A stretch of DNA of 64,000 nt from Bacteroidota bacterium (GTDB lineage Bacteria > Bacteroidota > Bacteroidia > AKYH767-A > 2013-40CM-41-45): NCBI GenBank assembly GCA_031385005.1, contig JANNBB010000034.1, positions 1,026 through 65,025 of the forward strand, in the 5' to 3' direction. Position 1 is the first letter of the stretch. Every line of letters begins with the position of its first letter. Below the pieces are notes generated by a model. The model was given only the letters and a program-made list of their open reading frames with translations. It was not told where the DNA came from and searched no databases. Below are positions 10,756 to 20,338 of this stretch, in pieces. A program made the position numbers and the translations under genes.

Positions 10756-11397
10756 TCACGAATTTTTGAGATAATTGTAGAGGGGAATAGCTGATAGAGC
10801 TCCGGAAATTGGAGCCAGGATGTATATCCAGACATGAGTGATATTACCGGAGACGATAGCCGGAGCAAGTGAACGGGCGGGATTCATGGAAGCACCGGAG
10901 ATAGGACCGGCAAACATGGCTTCCAGCAAAACGACTGATCCGATAGCAAGTCCTGCAAACATTCCGGTTTCTTTAGAACCGTGGGCGACATTCATGATAA
11001 CGAACATGAGAAAAAAGGTAAGAATGTATTCGAGGATTAAGCTTTGAACGTCACTACCTGCAGGAATGGTAGAACCCAGAAACAGATTTTCAGGAAATAA
11101 ATATTTCAGTAAAATGCTGGCAGCAAATGCGCCGCAAAGTTGTGCTAAAATGTATGGGAATACTTCACGAACCGAAAAAATACCGGCAGTGGAGAAGGCA
11201 ATTGTTACAGCGGGATTCATGTGAGCACCGGAAATATTTCCAATGCTGTAAATCATCGCCATAACAATAAGTCCGCATGTAATGGAAACCCCCACATGCG
11301 ATACCGCACCATTGGTAACTTCATTAATAATAATTGCTCCTGTACAGCAAAAGACGACTGCGAAAGTCCCGATAAATTCTGCTACGTATTTTCTCAT
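10756..11397 (-). CDS. MIP-family aquaporin/aquaglyceroporin in the ars operon
   Basis: AEFIGTF, SGAHMNPAVT and SGASMNPARS (two NPA motifs); its start overlaps the arsC stop. Confidence 0.9.
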   Translation of the reverse strand: MRKYVAEFIGTFAVVFCCTGAIIINEVTNGAVSHVGVSITCGLIVMAMIYSIGNISGAHMNPAVTIAFSTAGIFSVREVFPYILAQLCGAFAASILLKYLFPENLFLGSTIPAGSDVQSLILEYILTFFLMFVIMNVAHGSKETGMFAGLAIGSVVLLEAMFAGPISGASMNPARSLAPAIVSGNITHVWIYILAPISGALSAIPLYNYLKNS

Positions 11398-11825
11398 TGG
11401 TGTTCTGAAATAAAATTGATGACAGCACGCTTTATAGCATCACGAACTTTTCTTGTCAGCTCGAGCTTCTCTGCCTGCGATCCCTTGAATGTTGAAGGAT
11501 CTGCGAAATCCCATCCGATCTTCTTGTTTAGTCCCGGAAAGATCGGGCAACGTTCTGAATTTTTCGCATCGCAAACGGTTATGACATAATTGAAAATTCG
11601 ACCCTCTTTATATAAACTGAATACATCTTTTACCACATTCGAAGAGATGTCTATTCCATCTTCTCTCATTACTTCGACAGCAAGGGGGTTTAATATTCCG
11701 GGTTCTAACCCTGCGCTTTCTGCCAGAAATCTATCTTTTCCCAATTGCTTTAAATACGCTTCTGCCATTTGACTTCTGGCACTGTTATGAATGCATAAGA
11801 ATAAAACTTTTATTTTAGTTTCCAT
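11394..11825 (-). CDS. arsC: Arsenate reductase, LMW-PTP/thioredoxin type
   Basis: LFLCIHNSARSQMAE P-loop, ITVCD...ERCPIFPG, WDFADPS. Confidence 0.9.
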   Translation of the reverse strand: METKIKVLFLCIHNSARSQMAEAYLKQLGKDRFLAESAGLEPGILNPLAVEVMREDGIDISSNVVKDVFSLYKEGRIFNYVITVCDAKNSERCPIFPGLNKKIGWDFADPSTFKGSQAEKLELTRKVRDAIKRAVINFISEHQ

Positions 11826-11891
11826 ATCTAAGGGGTAAATTGAATAATTTTACTTGATGAATTGTTGAATGTGAATTATTTTTTATGAAAG

Positions 11892-12725
11892 TTATTTACA
11901 GCAGGTTCCTTTATCGCAACATTCATCCTTTTTTTTCTCGCCATAAATGGTGATACTCAAAATTTTGACACCGCTATTTCTGAAAGCATGAACATCTTCG
12001 ACCGATAAATATTTCAACAACAATTCATCCGGGAGGTATATTAATTTCTCCTTTTGAATACTGATTGATGTGAATCCAGCCACTTGCACAAAACTCATAT
12101 ATTCTTCTTTCTGTAAGGCACCGGACACACATCCGGCATATAGTGCTGCAACACGGGTAATCTCATCCGGAATATTACCTTCAACGACGATATCAGAAAT
12201 GGAAAAATGTCCGCCATCTTTTAATATTCTGAAAATCTCCTCGAATGCCTTTTGTTTATCAGGTACCAGGTTGAGCACACAATTGCTGATGACAACATCT
12301 GCCGTATTAGTTGATACAGGTAAGTTTTCAATTTCACCCAAACGGAATTCTACATTATTCAAATTCAACTTATCAGCATTCACTCTTGCACGTTCGATCA
12401 TTGCTTCAGTCATATCGACGCCAATTACTTTTCCTGTTTTTCCGGTTTCACTTTGAGCGATGAAGCAATCGTTTCCGGCACCTGAGCCGAGATCTACTAC
12501 ACAATCACCTTTTTTAATTTTTGCCAATTGTGTAGGGAGTCCGCAACCTAATCCCAAATCAGCTTCGGGTAGGTACCCTTTTAAAGAAGCATAATCGTCT
12601 GCCATAATATTAAACACATCCTTTTCACAACAACCACAACTTCCGCTTTCGACTTTACTTTCCTGCAAAGCAATTTCGCCATAAATTTCTTTTACACTTT
12701 TTTTAGTTTCTTCAGAATTTCTCAT
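11892..12725 (-). CDS. arsM: Arsenite S-adenosylmethionine methyltransferase
   Basis: LGLGCGLP, VDLGSGAGND SAM motif, ISNCVLNL, YAGCVSGA, Cys-rich termini. Confidence 0.93.
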   Translation of the reverse strand: MRNSEETKKSVKEIYGEIALQESKVESGSCGCCEKDVFNIMADDYASLKGYLPEADLGLGCGLPTQLAKIKKGDCVVDLGSGAGNDCFIAQSETGKTGKVIGVDMTEAMIERARVNADKLNLNNVEFRLGEIENLPVSTNTADVVISNCVLNLVPDKQKAFEEIFRILKDGGHFSISDIVVEGNIPDEITRVAALYAGCVSGALQKEEYMSFVQVAGFTSISIQKEKLIYLPDELLLKYLSVEDVHAFRNSGVKILSITIYGEKKKDECCDKGTCCK

Positions 12726-12745
12726 GATGTTTATTTTAGAATTAT

Positions 12746-12765
12746 TTATCGTAATATTACGTTTG
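12746..12765. promoter_or_regulatory. Second ArsR operator candidate, upstream of arsM
   Basis: Perfect palindrome CGTAATATTACG (12750-12761), nearly identical to the core of the 13124 palindrome. Confidence 0.6.
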
Positions 12766-12782
12766 ATTTTTTCAAAAAAATA

Positions 12783-13112
12783 TTAGCAGCAGTTTTTACT
12801 TGCTAACGGAGTATTCAATAAAGCGGAAAGAATTTGTTTTGCTTTTTCCCATTCTTCCTGATCAATACAATAACAAACTTTAACGCCATCAATGTCACCA
12901 CGAATGAGTCCGGCTTCTTTTAATTCCATCAGGTGTTGCGATACGGTTGATTGAGATAATGGGAGTTCATCGACGATATCTCCGCAAATGCAGCTTTGCT
13001 TTTTCAGTAGTAATTGAAGAATAGCAATACGGGCAGGATGTGCAAGTGCTTTTGCATAAACAGCGAGCTTGTTTTCCCTTACTGAAAATTTTTCCGATTT
13101 CGTCAGTCCCAT
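12783..13112 (-). CDS. arsR: ArsR/SmtB transcriptional repressor
   Basis: [33 protein letters not shown] helix-turn-helix, C-terminal CC. Confidence 0.92.
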   Translation of the reverse strand: MGLTKSEKFSVRENKLAVYAKALAHPARIAILQLLLKKQSCICGDIVDELPLSQSTVSQHLMELKEAGLIRGDIDGVKVCYCIDQEEWEKAKQILSALLNTPLASKNCC

Positions 13113-13123
13113 GCAATTGTTAT

Positions 13124-13143
13124 TAATCGCAATATTACGATTA
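13124..13143. promoter_or_regulatory. ArsR operator candidate
   Basis: TAATCGCAATATTACGATTA, a 20-bp palindrome with one mismatched pair, 11 nt upstream of the arsR start. Confidence 0.7.
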
Positions 13144-13261
13144 TTGTTTCATTCTGCAAAAAAATCAATAAAATTTATTGAAATTTGAAATAATGATCAA
13201 TGATGTTCAGATAACCCAATCCAAATACCTTAAAAAAACATCAAAAAAGCGGAAAATGGCT

Positions 13262-13711
13262 TTAATGATCTGCTCCCTTATTTTTGTTCAACCACTCATC
13301 TACGGAGAATTTTCCGGATCCGAAAACAAGGAAAAACATCAGTAAGAGTGTAACAAAAACAGATAAACTCAATTCGGATTGAATACTAAAGAATCCTTTT
13401 GGGGCATTCACAAAAACGATCGCTCCGATTAAAATTGGCAATTGAAAGAGAATGGCGACACGGGTTATCAAACCAAAAATAATGAGCAAACCGCCCATCA
13501 GGTGGGCACTTGCAACTAGATGCACAATTAATACAGCATATAAATCGATTGAACTATTCGCAATCATTGCATAAAGTGCATCGGTGTTGCGAATAAAAAA
13601 AACACCTTTTAAAAAGATGATTAATCCGAGAAGAATTCGCAAAGCTGCAAGCCAATTTGCTTGTTTATTTTCGGCCCAGGAATCCAATTGCTTTTCTATA
13701 TTCATGACCAT
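13262..13711 (-). CDS. DoxX family membrane protein
   Basis: LRILLGLIIFLKG, GLITRVA, GSGKFSVD; about four TM segments. Confidence 0.82.
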   Translation of the reverse strand: MVMNIEKQLDSWAENKQANWLAALRILLGLIIFLKGVFFIRNTDALYAMIANSSIDLYAVLIVHLVASAHLMGGLLIIFGLITRVAILFQLPILIGAIVFVNAPKGFFSIQSELSLSVFVTLLLMFFLVFGSGKFSVDEWLNKNKGADH

Positions 13712-13932
13712 GAAATTTAATATACAAAATTTAGTAAATTAAATGAATTTTGCAAGAGAAATTAAAAAAATATTTGCTTGGGTGAATGGCATAAAAATGA
13801 ATGTGAAATAAAAAAATGTTGAAATTTTTTGAAAAAACATGGAGATACAAAATCAGTAAAAAGGTTGGGTGAGAAAAATATTTTTTGCTATGAAAAATGA
13901 AGAAAAAAATTTTGCAGGCACCCCAATTATTT

Positions 13933-13940
13933 TACATTTG
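13933..13940 (+). promoter_or_regulatory. Bacteroidota housekeeping -7 promoter element TACATTTG, with TTTG at 13911-13914
   Basis: Matches TAnnTTTG. It lies inside the ORF-track N-terminus, implying a later start codon (TTG 13975). Confidence 0.5.
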
Positions 13941-13974
13941 TATTTCTCCTGTTAACCAAAAATTATTTTTTATT

Positions 13975-16900
13975 TTGAAAACAACATCGCCAATTATTAT
14001 TCATCCAAAGAAAAAGAATAATATTAATTTATTGATTGCAGATTTCAGAAAAAATAAAATTGTTTTTTTATTTGCAATCAATTTTTTATTTCTTCTGAAC
14101 AGCCATGTTTATGCAACACACAGCATGGGTGCTGATATTAGTTATGAATGTTTAGGAAACAATCAGTATCGAATTCGAGTTTCATTTTATCGCGATTGTG
14201 TTGGAATTCCTGCATCGCCTTTTATTACAATTGATGCTTCTTCCGTTTCCTGCAATCTTTTTCAATCGGTTAATCTTTTCCCAATTCCCGGAACAGGACA
14301 AGATATTACCCCGCTTTGTCCATCAGAACTTTCTACGTGTCATGGAGGCACTTTTACAGGTATTCAAGAATGGGTTTATGAAGGAATTATTACTTTACCT
14401 GCACAATGTACTGATTGGCAATTAGTTTACGAGCAGTGTTGTAGAAACGGGGCTATTACTACAATCAATAATCCACTTAGCGAGGAGTTGTTAATATATG
14501 CCATGTTAAATAATACCCTATCGCCATGTAACAATTCCCCTACTTTTTCAAATAAACCGGTTCCATTTGTTTGTTTGGGTCAACAATTCTGTTTTAATCA
14601 CGGGGCCTTTGATGTCGATGGCGACTCCCTTGTTTATCAGGTAGTTGATCCGCTTAGCTATTTCGGTCAACCTGTACTCTATAATTGGCCCTATAATCCA
14701 TACCAGCCACTTAATTCAAATCCCTCAATGACAATCGATCCTCAAACGGGTGATTTTTGTATGACTCCACAATCGCTCGAAGTAACGGTAATGGCTGTTC
14801 TAGTTAAAGAATACAGAAACGGTGTATTTATCGGTGAGATTGAAAGAGATATACAGGTAACGGTAATCAATTGCGCAAATAATCTTCCTACACTTTCGGG
14901 AATTAATGGAACGAATAGTTTTTCCGCAACTATTTGTGCAGATGCCCCTTATTGTTTCAATGCATTTTCGAATGATCCCGACCTCGGTCAAAATGTAACA
15001 GTGGTTTGGAATGGTGCAATTACGGGAGCAAACTTCACTGCTGCCGGACCACCACATCCAACCGGAACTTTTTGCTGGACGCCAACACAAGCAGACGCTA
15101 GTCCTACACCTCATTGTTTTACCGCACAAGTTAGCGACGATGCTTGTCCTTTTCTTGGCTCTCAAACTTATTCGTTTTGCTTTACCGTTGTTAACGTAAG
15201 TGTTAATGCCGGGCCTGATCAGGTTGTAAGTTGTGGAGGCCAGGCAACTATTAATGCGGCCGCTACAACTTCTTCAGGGAATGTCACCTACCAGTGGAGC
15301 AATGGCAGCACAGCAGCATCACAAACAGTTGGAGTTGGTACGTATACAGTAACTGTCGCAAACGGTCAATGCACAGCAACAGATGTAGTGCAAGTAACCA
15401 CTACTGTTGGTCCTGTTGCCGCATTCAGCGCACCTCCTGTATGTACTAATTCTCCCATTACTTTCACTGATTTGAGCAATGGAAACGGAAATGCAATTAC
15501 TTCCTGGAACTGGAACTTTAATAATAACGGATCATCCACCCTTCAAAATCCTGTTTTCCAATTTCCTTTTGCAGGCAATTACTATGTATGTCTTGCCGTC
15601 GGTTCAAGTGCTAATTGTCCGGATACTGTTTGTCAGTTTGTAACCGTAGATCCTGAACCGGTTGCTTCTTTTTCTACGACTGATGCATGTGCAGGTCCTC
15701 CGTTATTCATTTCAAACAATTCGACGCCCATTGGGAATAATTATTTCTGGGATTTTGGAAATGGAACGACTTCTACTTCATCGGCACCTTCTGTTACCTA
15801 TTCGACTCCCGGTAGTTATTCTATTTCAATGATTGCAACAAATTCATTTGGTTGCACAGATACCGTTCAACAATCGGTAAATGTTTATGCACTTCCGACT
15901 GCAGCTTTCAACTCAGCCATCGTCGATCCTTGTTTGGGAGGATTAGTTAATTTCACAGATGCCTCATCTGCCAATGTCGTTGCATGGAATTGGGATTTCG
16001 GAAACGGACAAACATCTTCTTCTCAAAACCCGTCCAATACTTTTTCAGCAGGAACACACAATGTTTTATTGACTGTAACAACAGCAAATGGTTGTTCAGC
16101 TACTATAAATCAAACTGTAACAATAAATCCTCCATTCAATGCAGCTTTTAGTCCTGCACAAAATGTTTGTATCGGATCAACAGCAAACATCTCTGCGTCA
16201 GGAGGTACAAGTTATTTATGGAGTAATGGAGCGACTACTTCGGCTATTAGTGTTGCGCCAAATTTAACTACAACTTACAGCGTTACTATTTCGGATGCAA
16301 ACGGCTGTTCAATTTCCGGACAAATTCCTGTAAACGTAAATCAACTTCCTGTTGTTTTTGCCGGTACCGATCAATCAATCTGTACAGGTTCTAACATTAC
16401 GCTCAATGCTTCCGGTGCAAATTCATATGTTTGGTCGAATGGCTCTGTAACTCCATCCATTAATGTAAGTCCTACCTCCAATACAACATATATAGTAACA
16501 GGAACAGATGCAAATGGATGTTCAACATCAGATACTGTTGCTGTAAATATCAATCCGAACCTAACTGTAACTGTAAGTAATGCTTTTATTTGCCCGGGTG
16601 CTTCCACTACACTGGATGCCGGTCACCCCAATGCAAACTATCTATGGTCTTCCGGACAAACAACTCAGACAATAAATGTAAATCAAGGAGGTATTTTTGA
16701 CGTAACAGTAACCGATGCGAATGGGTGTACAGGTATCGGACAAAGCACCGTTACTGCAGGAAATCTTCTGGTAGATAATTCTTCGGTGCTTGATGCATGT
16801 GCCGGCATATCCGTTATTTTCGATGCAGGAAATCCGGGTAATCAATATCTCTGGAGTACCGGTGCTACTTCCCAAACTATTAATGTAGACTCAACAGGTA

Positions 16901-19362
16901 ACTATCAGGTTGTTGTCACCGATGTGAATGGCTGTTCAGATTCATTTACATCAACATTTACTTCTAATCCTTTGCCTGTTGTTTATGCAGGTACAGATCA
17001 ATTAATTTGTACCGGTATGAGTACTATACTTATGGTATCAGGGGCTTCTAACTTTCTGTGGTCTGATGGATCAACCACTTCTTCAATAAATGTTAGTCCG
17101 GTTCTCAACACAACATATACAGTGACAGGAACAGATGGCAATGGATGTTCAAGTTCTGATACAGTTGCAGTAAACATCAATCCTAATCTTATCGTTACTC
17201 CGGGTAATGCATTTATTTGTCCGGGTGCAACTGCAGTTCTCGATGCCGGACATCCAAATGCAAATTATCTTTGGTCGACCGGAGAAACAAGTCAGACTAT
17301 TACAGTCAACCTCAATGGAACTTTTGATGTAACAGTTACCGATGCCAATGGTTGCACGGGAATTGGACAAAGTAATGTTATCATGGGCGGAAGCACATTA
17401 TCAAACAATTCAATGTCTGCAGATGCTTGCTCAGGCTTGTTTTCCATACTTGATGCCGGAAATCCGGGTTGCACGTATCTTTGGAATACCGGTGATACCA
17501 CACAAACGATAAGCATCAATACTACGGGCAGCTACCAGGTTGTAGTAACAGATCTCGATGGTTGTACAACTACATTCTCATCTACATTTACAGCGAATCC
17601 TTTACCAAATGTTACCTTTTCATCAATTCCTGTTTGCCTAAATGATTCTGTTACTTTTACTAATCATTCGACTATTTCTATCGGAACGCTGACGGGTTAC
17701 CAGTGGAGTTTCGGTGATGGAATGATATCGGCTTCTCAAAATCCGAATCATCTTTATGGGAATCCGGGTACGTATAATGTAAATCTTGTCGCTACTTCTG
17801 ATAGCGGCTGTTCGGGAAATGCAACAGGTACTGTTACCATTTATGCCTTACCGGTTTCGGGATTTTCAAATGCTGCAGTATGCTTAGGAGACACGACTTC
17901 CTTTAGTAATTTAAGTACGGTTACTAACGATACGATAAATTATTGGCAATGGAATTTCGGTGATGGCGGGTTAGCAACCGGAGAAAATCAGCAGCACATT
18001 TACAATACGTTTGGCAACTTCTCTGTACAGTTACTTGTACGAACACAGCATGGCTGCGAAGATACGATTACGAATAATGTTGTTGTAAATCCTTTGCCGC
18101 TTGCTGTAGCCGGTCCTGATACGATCGTATGCTCTTCAGTGAATGTAATTTTAGGAGATATTTCGGTAAATGGCGTGAATTACGATTGGTCTCCATCAAC
18201 TTATTTAAATCAGACAAATACTTCATATGCTGCATTAACAATTGATAACTACACCTTGAATTTTATTGATCTCGATTATCATTTAATCACTACGAATCAA
18301 TATGGCTGTATGAATGAAGATGATGTGCATGTTCGGGTAAAACCACTTCCACCTGTTACGTTCAGTGCTCCGCCACCTCAGTGTTTAAAGGGAAATAGTT
18401 TTTCTTTTGTTCCTTCCGGACATACAGATTCAAACTCTTCACTCCTTTGGAATTTCGGAAGCAATTCGAATCACCCTTTGTCGTCATCGATAAATCCACC
18501 TGCAATTTCGTATGTGACAGCAGGAATCCAACCTGTTACCTTAGACTATTCCTACATGGGTTGTCCGGGAATACCTGTACTGGATTCTGTTTTAGTATGG
18601 GAAATGCCATTGGCAGGATTTATTCCATCGCCCTATGAAGGATGTGCTCCGTTAGACGTTACTTTTTACAACCTGCATACAGATACTAACTACAGGTACA
18701 CCTGGCAAATTCAAGGGCAAACATTTCATGAAGAGAAACCGTCGTGGAAATTTGACAATCCGGGAGAATATACTGCACTACAGCTCGTAGAAAATCAATA
18801 TGGTTGTAAATCCGATCCGGTATCGACGAAGATTGAGGTCTATCCTGTCCCGGTTGCCGGATTTACAAACAGTCCAGACTCAGCATGGATACACAGAGCT
18901 ATCATTGAATTTGACAACAGCTCTATAGGTGCCAGTATTTATAATTGGGACTTTGGTGATGGAACAACAGATAATTTCTTCAACGGAACACATAACTATA
19001 CAGATACAGGCACTTATGATATTACACTGGTTGTTTTATCGGATCATGGTTGTCGCGATACCGTATATGGAAAGATAAGAGTATATGAAGGATTTTCATT
19101 TTTTGTACCGAATGCATTCACACCAAATAACGATGGCGACAATGATGCTTTTCAGGGTTATGGCACATTCCTTCATTCCTATGAGATGTGGATTTTTGAT
19201 CGTTGGGGTTTACAGATTTATCATACGCAAGATTATAATAAACCCTGGGATGGAACCATTAATTCACCGGTACAAAGTGATACCTATGTTTATCGGATTC
19301 GCGTAACCGATTACACGGATAAACCGCATGTTTTCATTGGGTCTGTAACGCTTGTTCGATAA
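13975..19362 (+). CDS. Giant surface protein with PKD/Ig-like repeats and T9SS type B C-terminal domain
   Basis: ATHSMGADISY N-terminal motif after a hydrophobic signal, CCRN motif, many WxFGxG PKD repeats, C-terminal FVPNAFTPNNDGDND...IFDRWG...GSVTLVR. The ORF is open from 13897; start moved to in-frame TTG 13975 because of the promoter position (inferred). Confidence 0.88.
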   Translation: MKTTSPIIIHPKKKNNINLLIADFRKNKIVFLFAINFLFLLNSHVYATHSMGADISYECLGNNQYRIRVSFYRDCVGIPASPFITIDASSVSCNLFQSVNLFPIPGTGQDITPLCPSELSTCHGGTFTGIQEWVYEGIITLPAQCTDWQLVYEQCCRNGAITTINNPLSEELLIYAMLNNTLSPCNNSPTFSNKPVPFVCLGQQFCFNHGAFDVDGDSLVYQVVDPLSYFGQPVLYNWPYNPYQPLNSNPSMTIDPQTGDFCMTPQSLEVTVMAVLVKEYRNGVFIGEIERDIQVTVINCANNLPTLSGINGTNSFSATICADAPYCFNAFSNDPDLGQNVTVVWNGAITGANFTAAGPPHPTGTFCWTPTQADASPTPHCFTAQVSDDACPFLGSQTYSFCFTVVNVSVNAGPDQVVSCGGQATINAAATTSSGNVTYQWSNGSTAASQTVGVGTYTVTVANGQCTATDVVQVTTTVGPVAAFSAPPVCTNSPITFTDLSNGNGNAITSWNWNFNNNGSSTLQNPVFQFPFAGNYYVCLAVGSSANCPDTVCQFVTVDPEPVASFSTTDACAGPPLFISNNSTPIGNNYFWDFGNGTTSTSSAPSVTYSTPGSYSISMIATNSFGCTDTVQQSVNVYALPTAAFNSAIVDPCLGGLVNFTDASSANVVAWNWDFGNGQTSSSQNPSNTFSAGTHNVLLTVTTANGCSATINQTVTINPPFNAAFSPAQNVCIGSTANISASGGTSYLWSNGATTSAISVAPNLTTTYSVTISDANGCSISGQIPVNVNQLPVVFAGTDQSICTGSNITLNASGANSYVWSNGSVTPSINVSPTSNTTYIVTGTDANGCSTSDTVAVNINPNLTVTVSNAFICPGASTTLDAGHPNANYLWSSGQTTQTINVNQGGIFDVTVTDANGCTGIGQSTVTAGNLLVDNSSVLDACAGISVIFDAGNPGNQYLWSTGATSQTINVDSTGNYQVVVTDVNGCSDSFTSTFTSNPLPVVYAGTDQLICTGMSTILMVSGASNFLWSDGSTTSSINVSPVLNTTYTVTGTDGNGCSSSDTVAVNINPNLIVTPGNAFICPGATAVLDAGHPNANYLWSTGETSQTITVNLNGTFDVTVTDANGCTGIGQSNVIMGGSTLSNNSMSADACSGLFSILDAGNPGCTYLWNTGDTTQTISINTTGSYQVVVTDLDGCTTTFSSTFTANPLPNVTFSSIPVCLNDSVTFTNHSTISIGTLTGYQWSFGDGMISASQNPNHLYGNPGTYNVNLVATSDSGCSGNATGTVTIYALPVSGFSNAAVCLGDTTSFSNLSTVTNDTINYWQWNFGDGGLATGENQQHIYNTFGNFSVQLLVRTQHGCEDTITNNVVVNPLPLAVAGPDTIVCSSVNVILGDISVNGVNYDWSPSTYLNQTNTSYAALTIDNYTLNFIDLDYHLITTNQYGCMNEDDVHVRVKPLPPVTFSAPPPQCLKGNSFSFVPSGHTDSNSSLLWNFGSNSNHPLSSSINPPAISYVTAGIQPVTLDYSYMGCPGIPVLDSVLVWEMPLAGFIPSPYEGCAPLDVTFYNLHTDTNYRYTWQIQGQTFHEEKPSWKFDNPGEYTALQLVENQYGCKSDPVSTKIEVYPVPVAGFTNSPDSAWIHRAIIEFDNSSIGASIYNWDFGDGTTDNFFNGTHNYTDTGTYDITLVVLSDHGCRDTVYGKIRVYEGFSFFVPNAFTPNNDGDNDAFQGYGTFLHSYEMWIFDRWGLQIYHTQDYNKPWDGTINSPVQSDTYVYRIRVTDYTDKPHVFIGSVTLVR
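16345..17607 (+). repeat. Intragenic tandem duplication of a ~209-aa three-domain block (period about 627 bp)
   Basis: LPVVFAGTDQSICTG...SDTVAVNINPNL...NAFICPGA...LDAGHPNANYLWS...VTDANGCTGIGQS...FTSNPLP recurs as LPVVYAGTDQLICTG...FTANPLP. Confidence 0.85.
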
Positions 19363-19424
19363 GAAAAACGAATAAAATTAATTGGAAGATAAATTACCAT
19401 CCTAACAACTAATTCAAGCTTGCA

Positions 19425-20276
19425 TTATTCCTGAGCTATTAAATCCTTTTCGTGAATTACCAATAAAGGCACTTTCGTGTGAAAGGACATTGTTTTAGTA
19501 ATACTTTTATTGAATAAGCTTCCTAAAATGGAACGATGGTGTGTATACATGGCAATACAATCAGCTTTATGATTCTTGATAAAGTTATTTATTCCAATAG
19601 AAACATCTTCATCGTTGCAAACATAACCGGATGTTTTTGGGTAGGAAATTAATTTTTTAATTTTCTTAGACAGTTTAGCAGCATCACTTTTAATTTCCGG
19701 TCTTTCGAATAAACTGTTTACATGTAGAAAAATAAGTTCCGCATTTAATTCCTTTGCAAAAGGAAGAATTGATTTAGCGTGAATGACGCTTTCATTTGTA
19801 AGGTCAGTGGTATAAACAATTGTTTTTATCTCTTCGAATTTACCTTTAGGAGGAATAGCAAGGACTAAGCAAGAGGAATTACGAATTAAACGTACTGCAT
19901 TACTTCCAATGAATAATCGTCCGGCTAATCCTTTTCCGGTAGTACCGATTACCATCAAATCTACTTTTCTTTCCTGAGCAACCTGAACAGCCATCGCTGA
20001 TGGAAGACCCTGACTCAACATCAATTCAACATTCAGTTTTCCTATTTCACTTTTAAATTTATGATAATACCTTTTCAAATTTCGTGCTGCTGTGTCGTGC
20101 AGCATTATATAATCCATTTGTACGGTAGACATAGGAATTTCCGTATATAAAACAGTAGTCTCAAAAACGTGCAATAGGATTATTTTAGCTTTCGTCTTTT
20201 TTGCTAAACCAATAGCATATTGAAATGCAACAGTTGCATTTTTTGAAAAATCGGTAGGAACCAAAATAGTTTTCAT
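19425..20276 (-). CDS. Universal stress protein (tandem USP domains)
   Basis: MKTILVPTDFS, DLMVIGTTG...FIGSNA, second domain IVYTTD...VPLLVIH. Confidence 0.92.
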   Translation of the reverse strand: MKTILVPTDFSKNATVAFQYAIGLAKKTKAKIILLHVFETTVLYTEIPMSTVQMDYIMLHDTAARNLKRYYHKFKSEIGKLNVELMLSQGLPSAMAVQVAQERKVDLMVIGTTGKGLAGRLFIGSNAVRLIRNSSCLVLAIPPKGKFEEIKTIVYTTDLTNESVIHAKSILPFAKELNAELIFLHVNSLFERPEIKSDAAKLSKKIKKLISYPKTSGYVCNDEDVSIGINNFIKNHKADCIAMYTHHRSILGSLFNKSITKTMSFHTKVPLLVIHEKDLIAQE

Positions 20277-20338
20277 AAAATCAATATTAGACTTTGTACT
20301 AAATTCACTTATGGAAAAATTAAAATTATAAAAACAAA

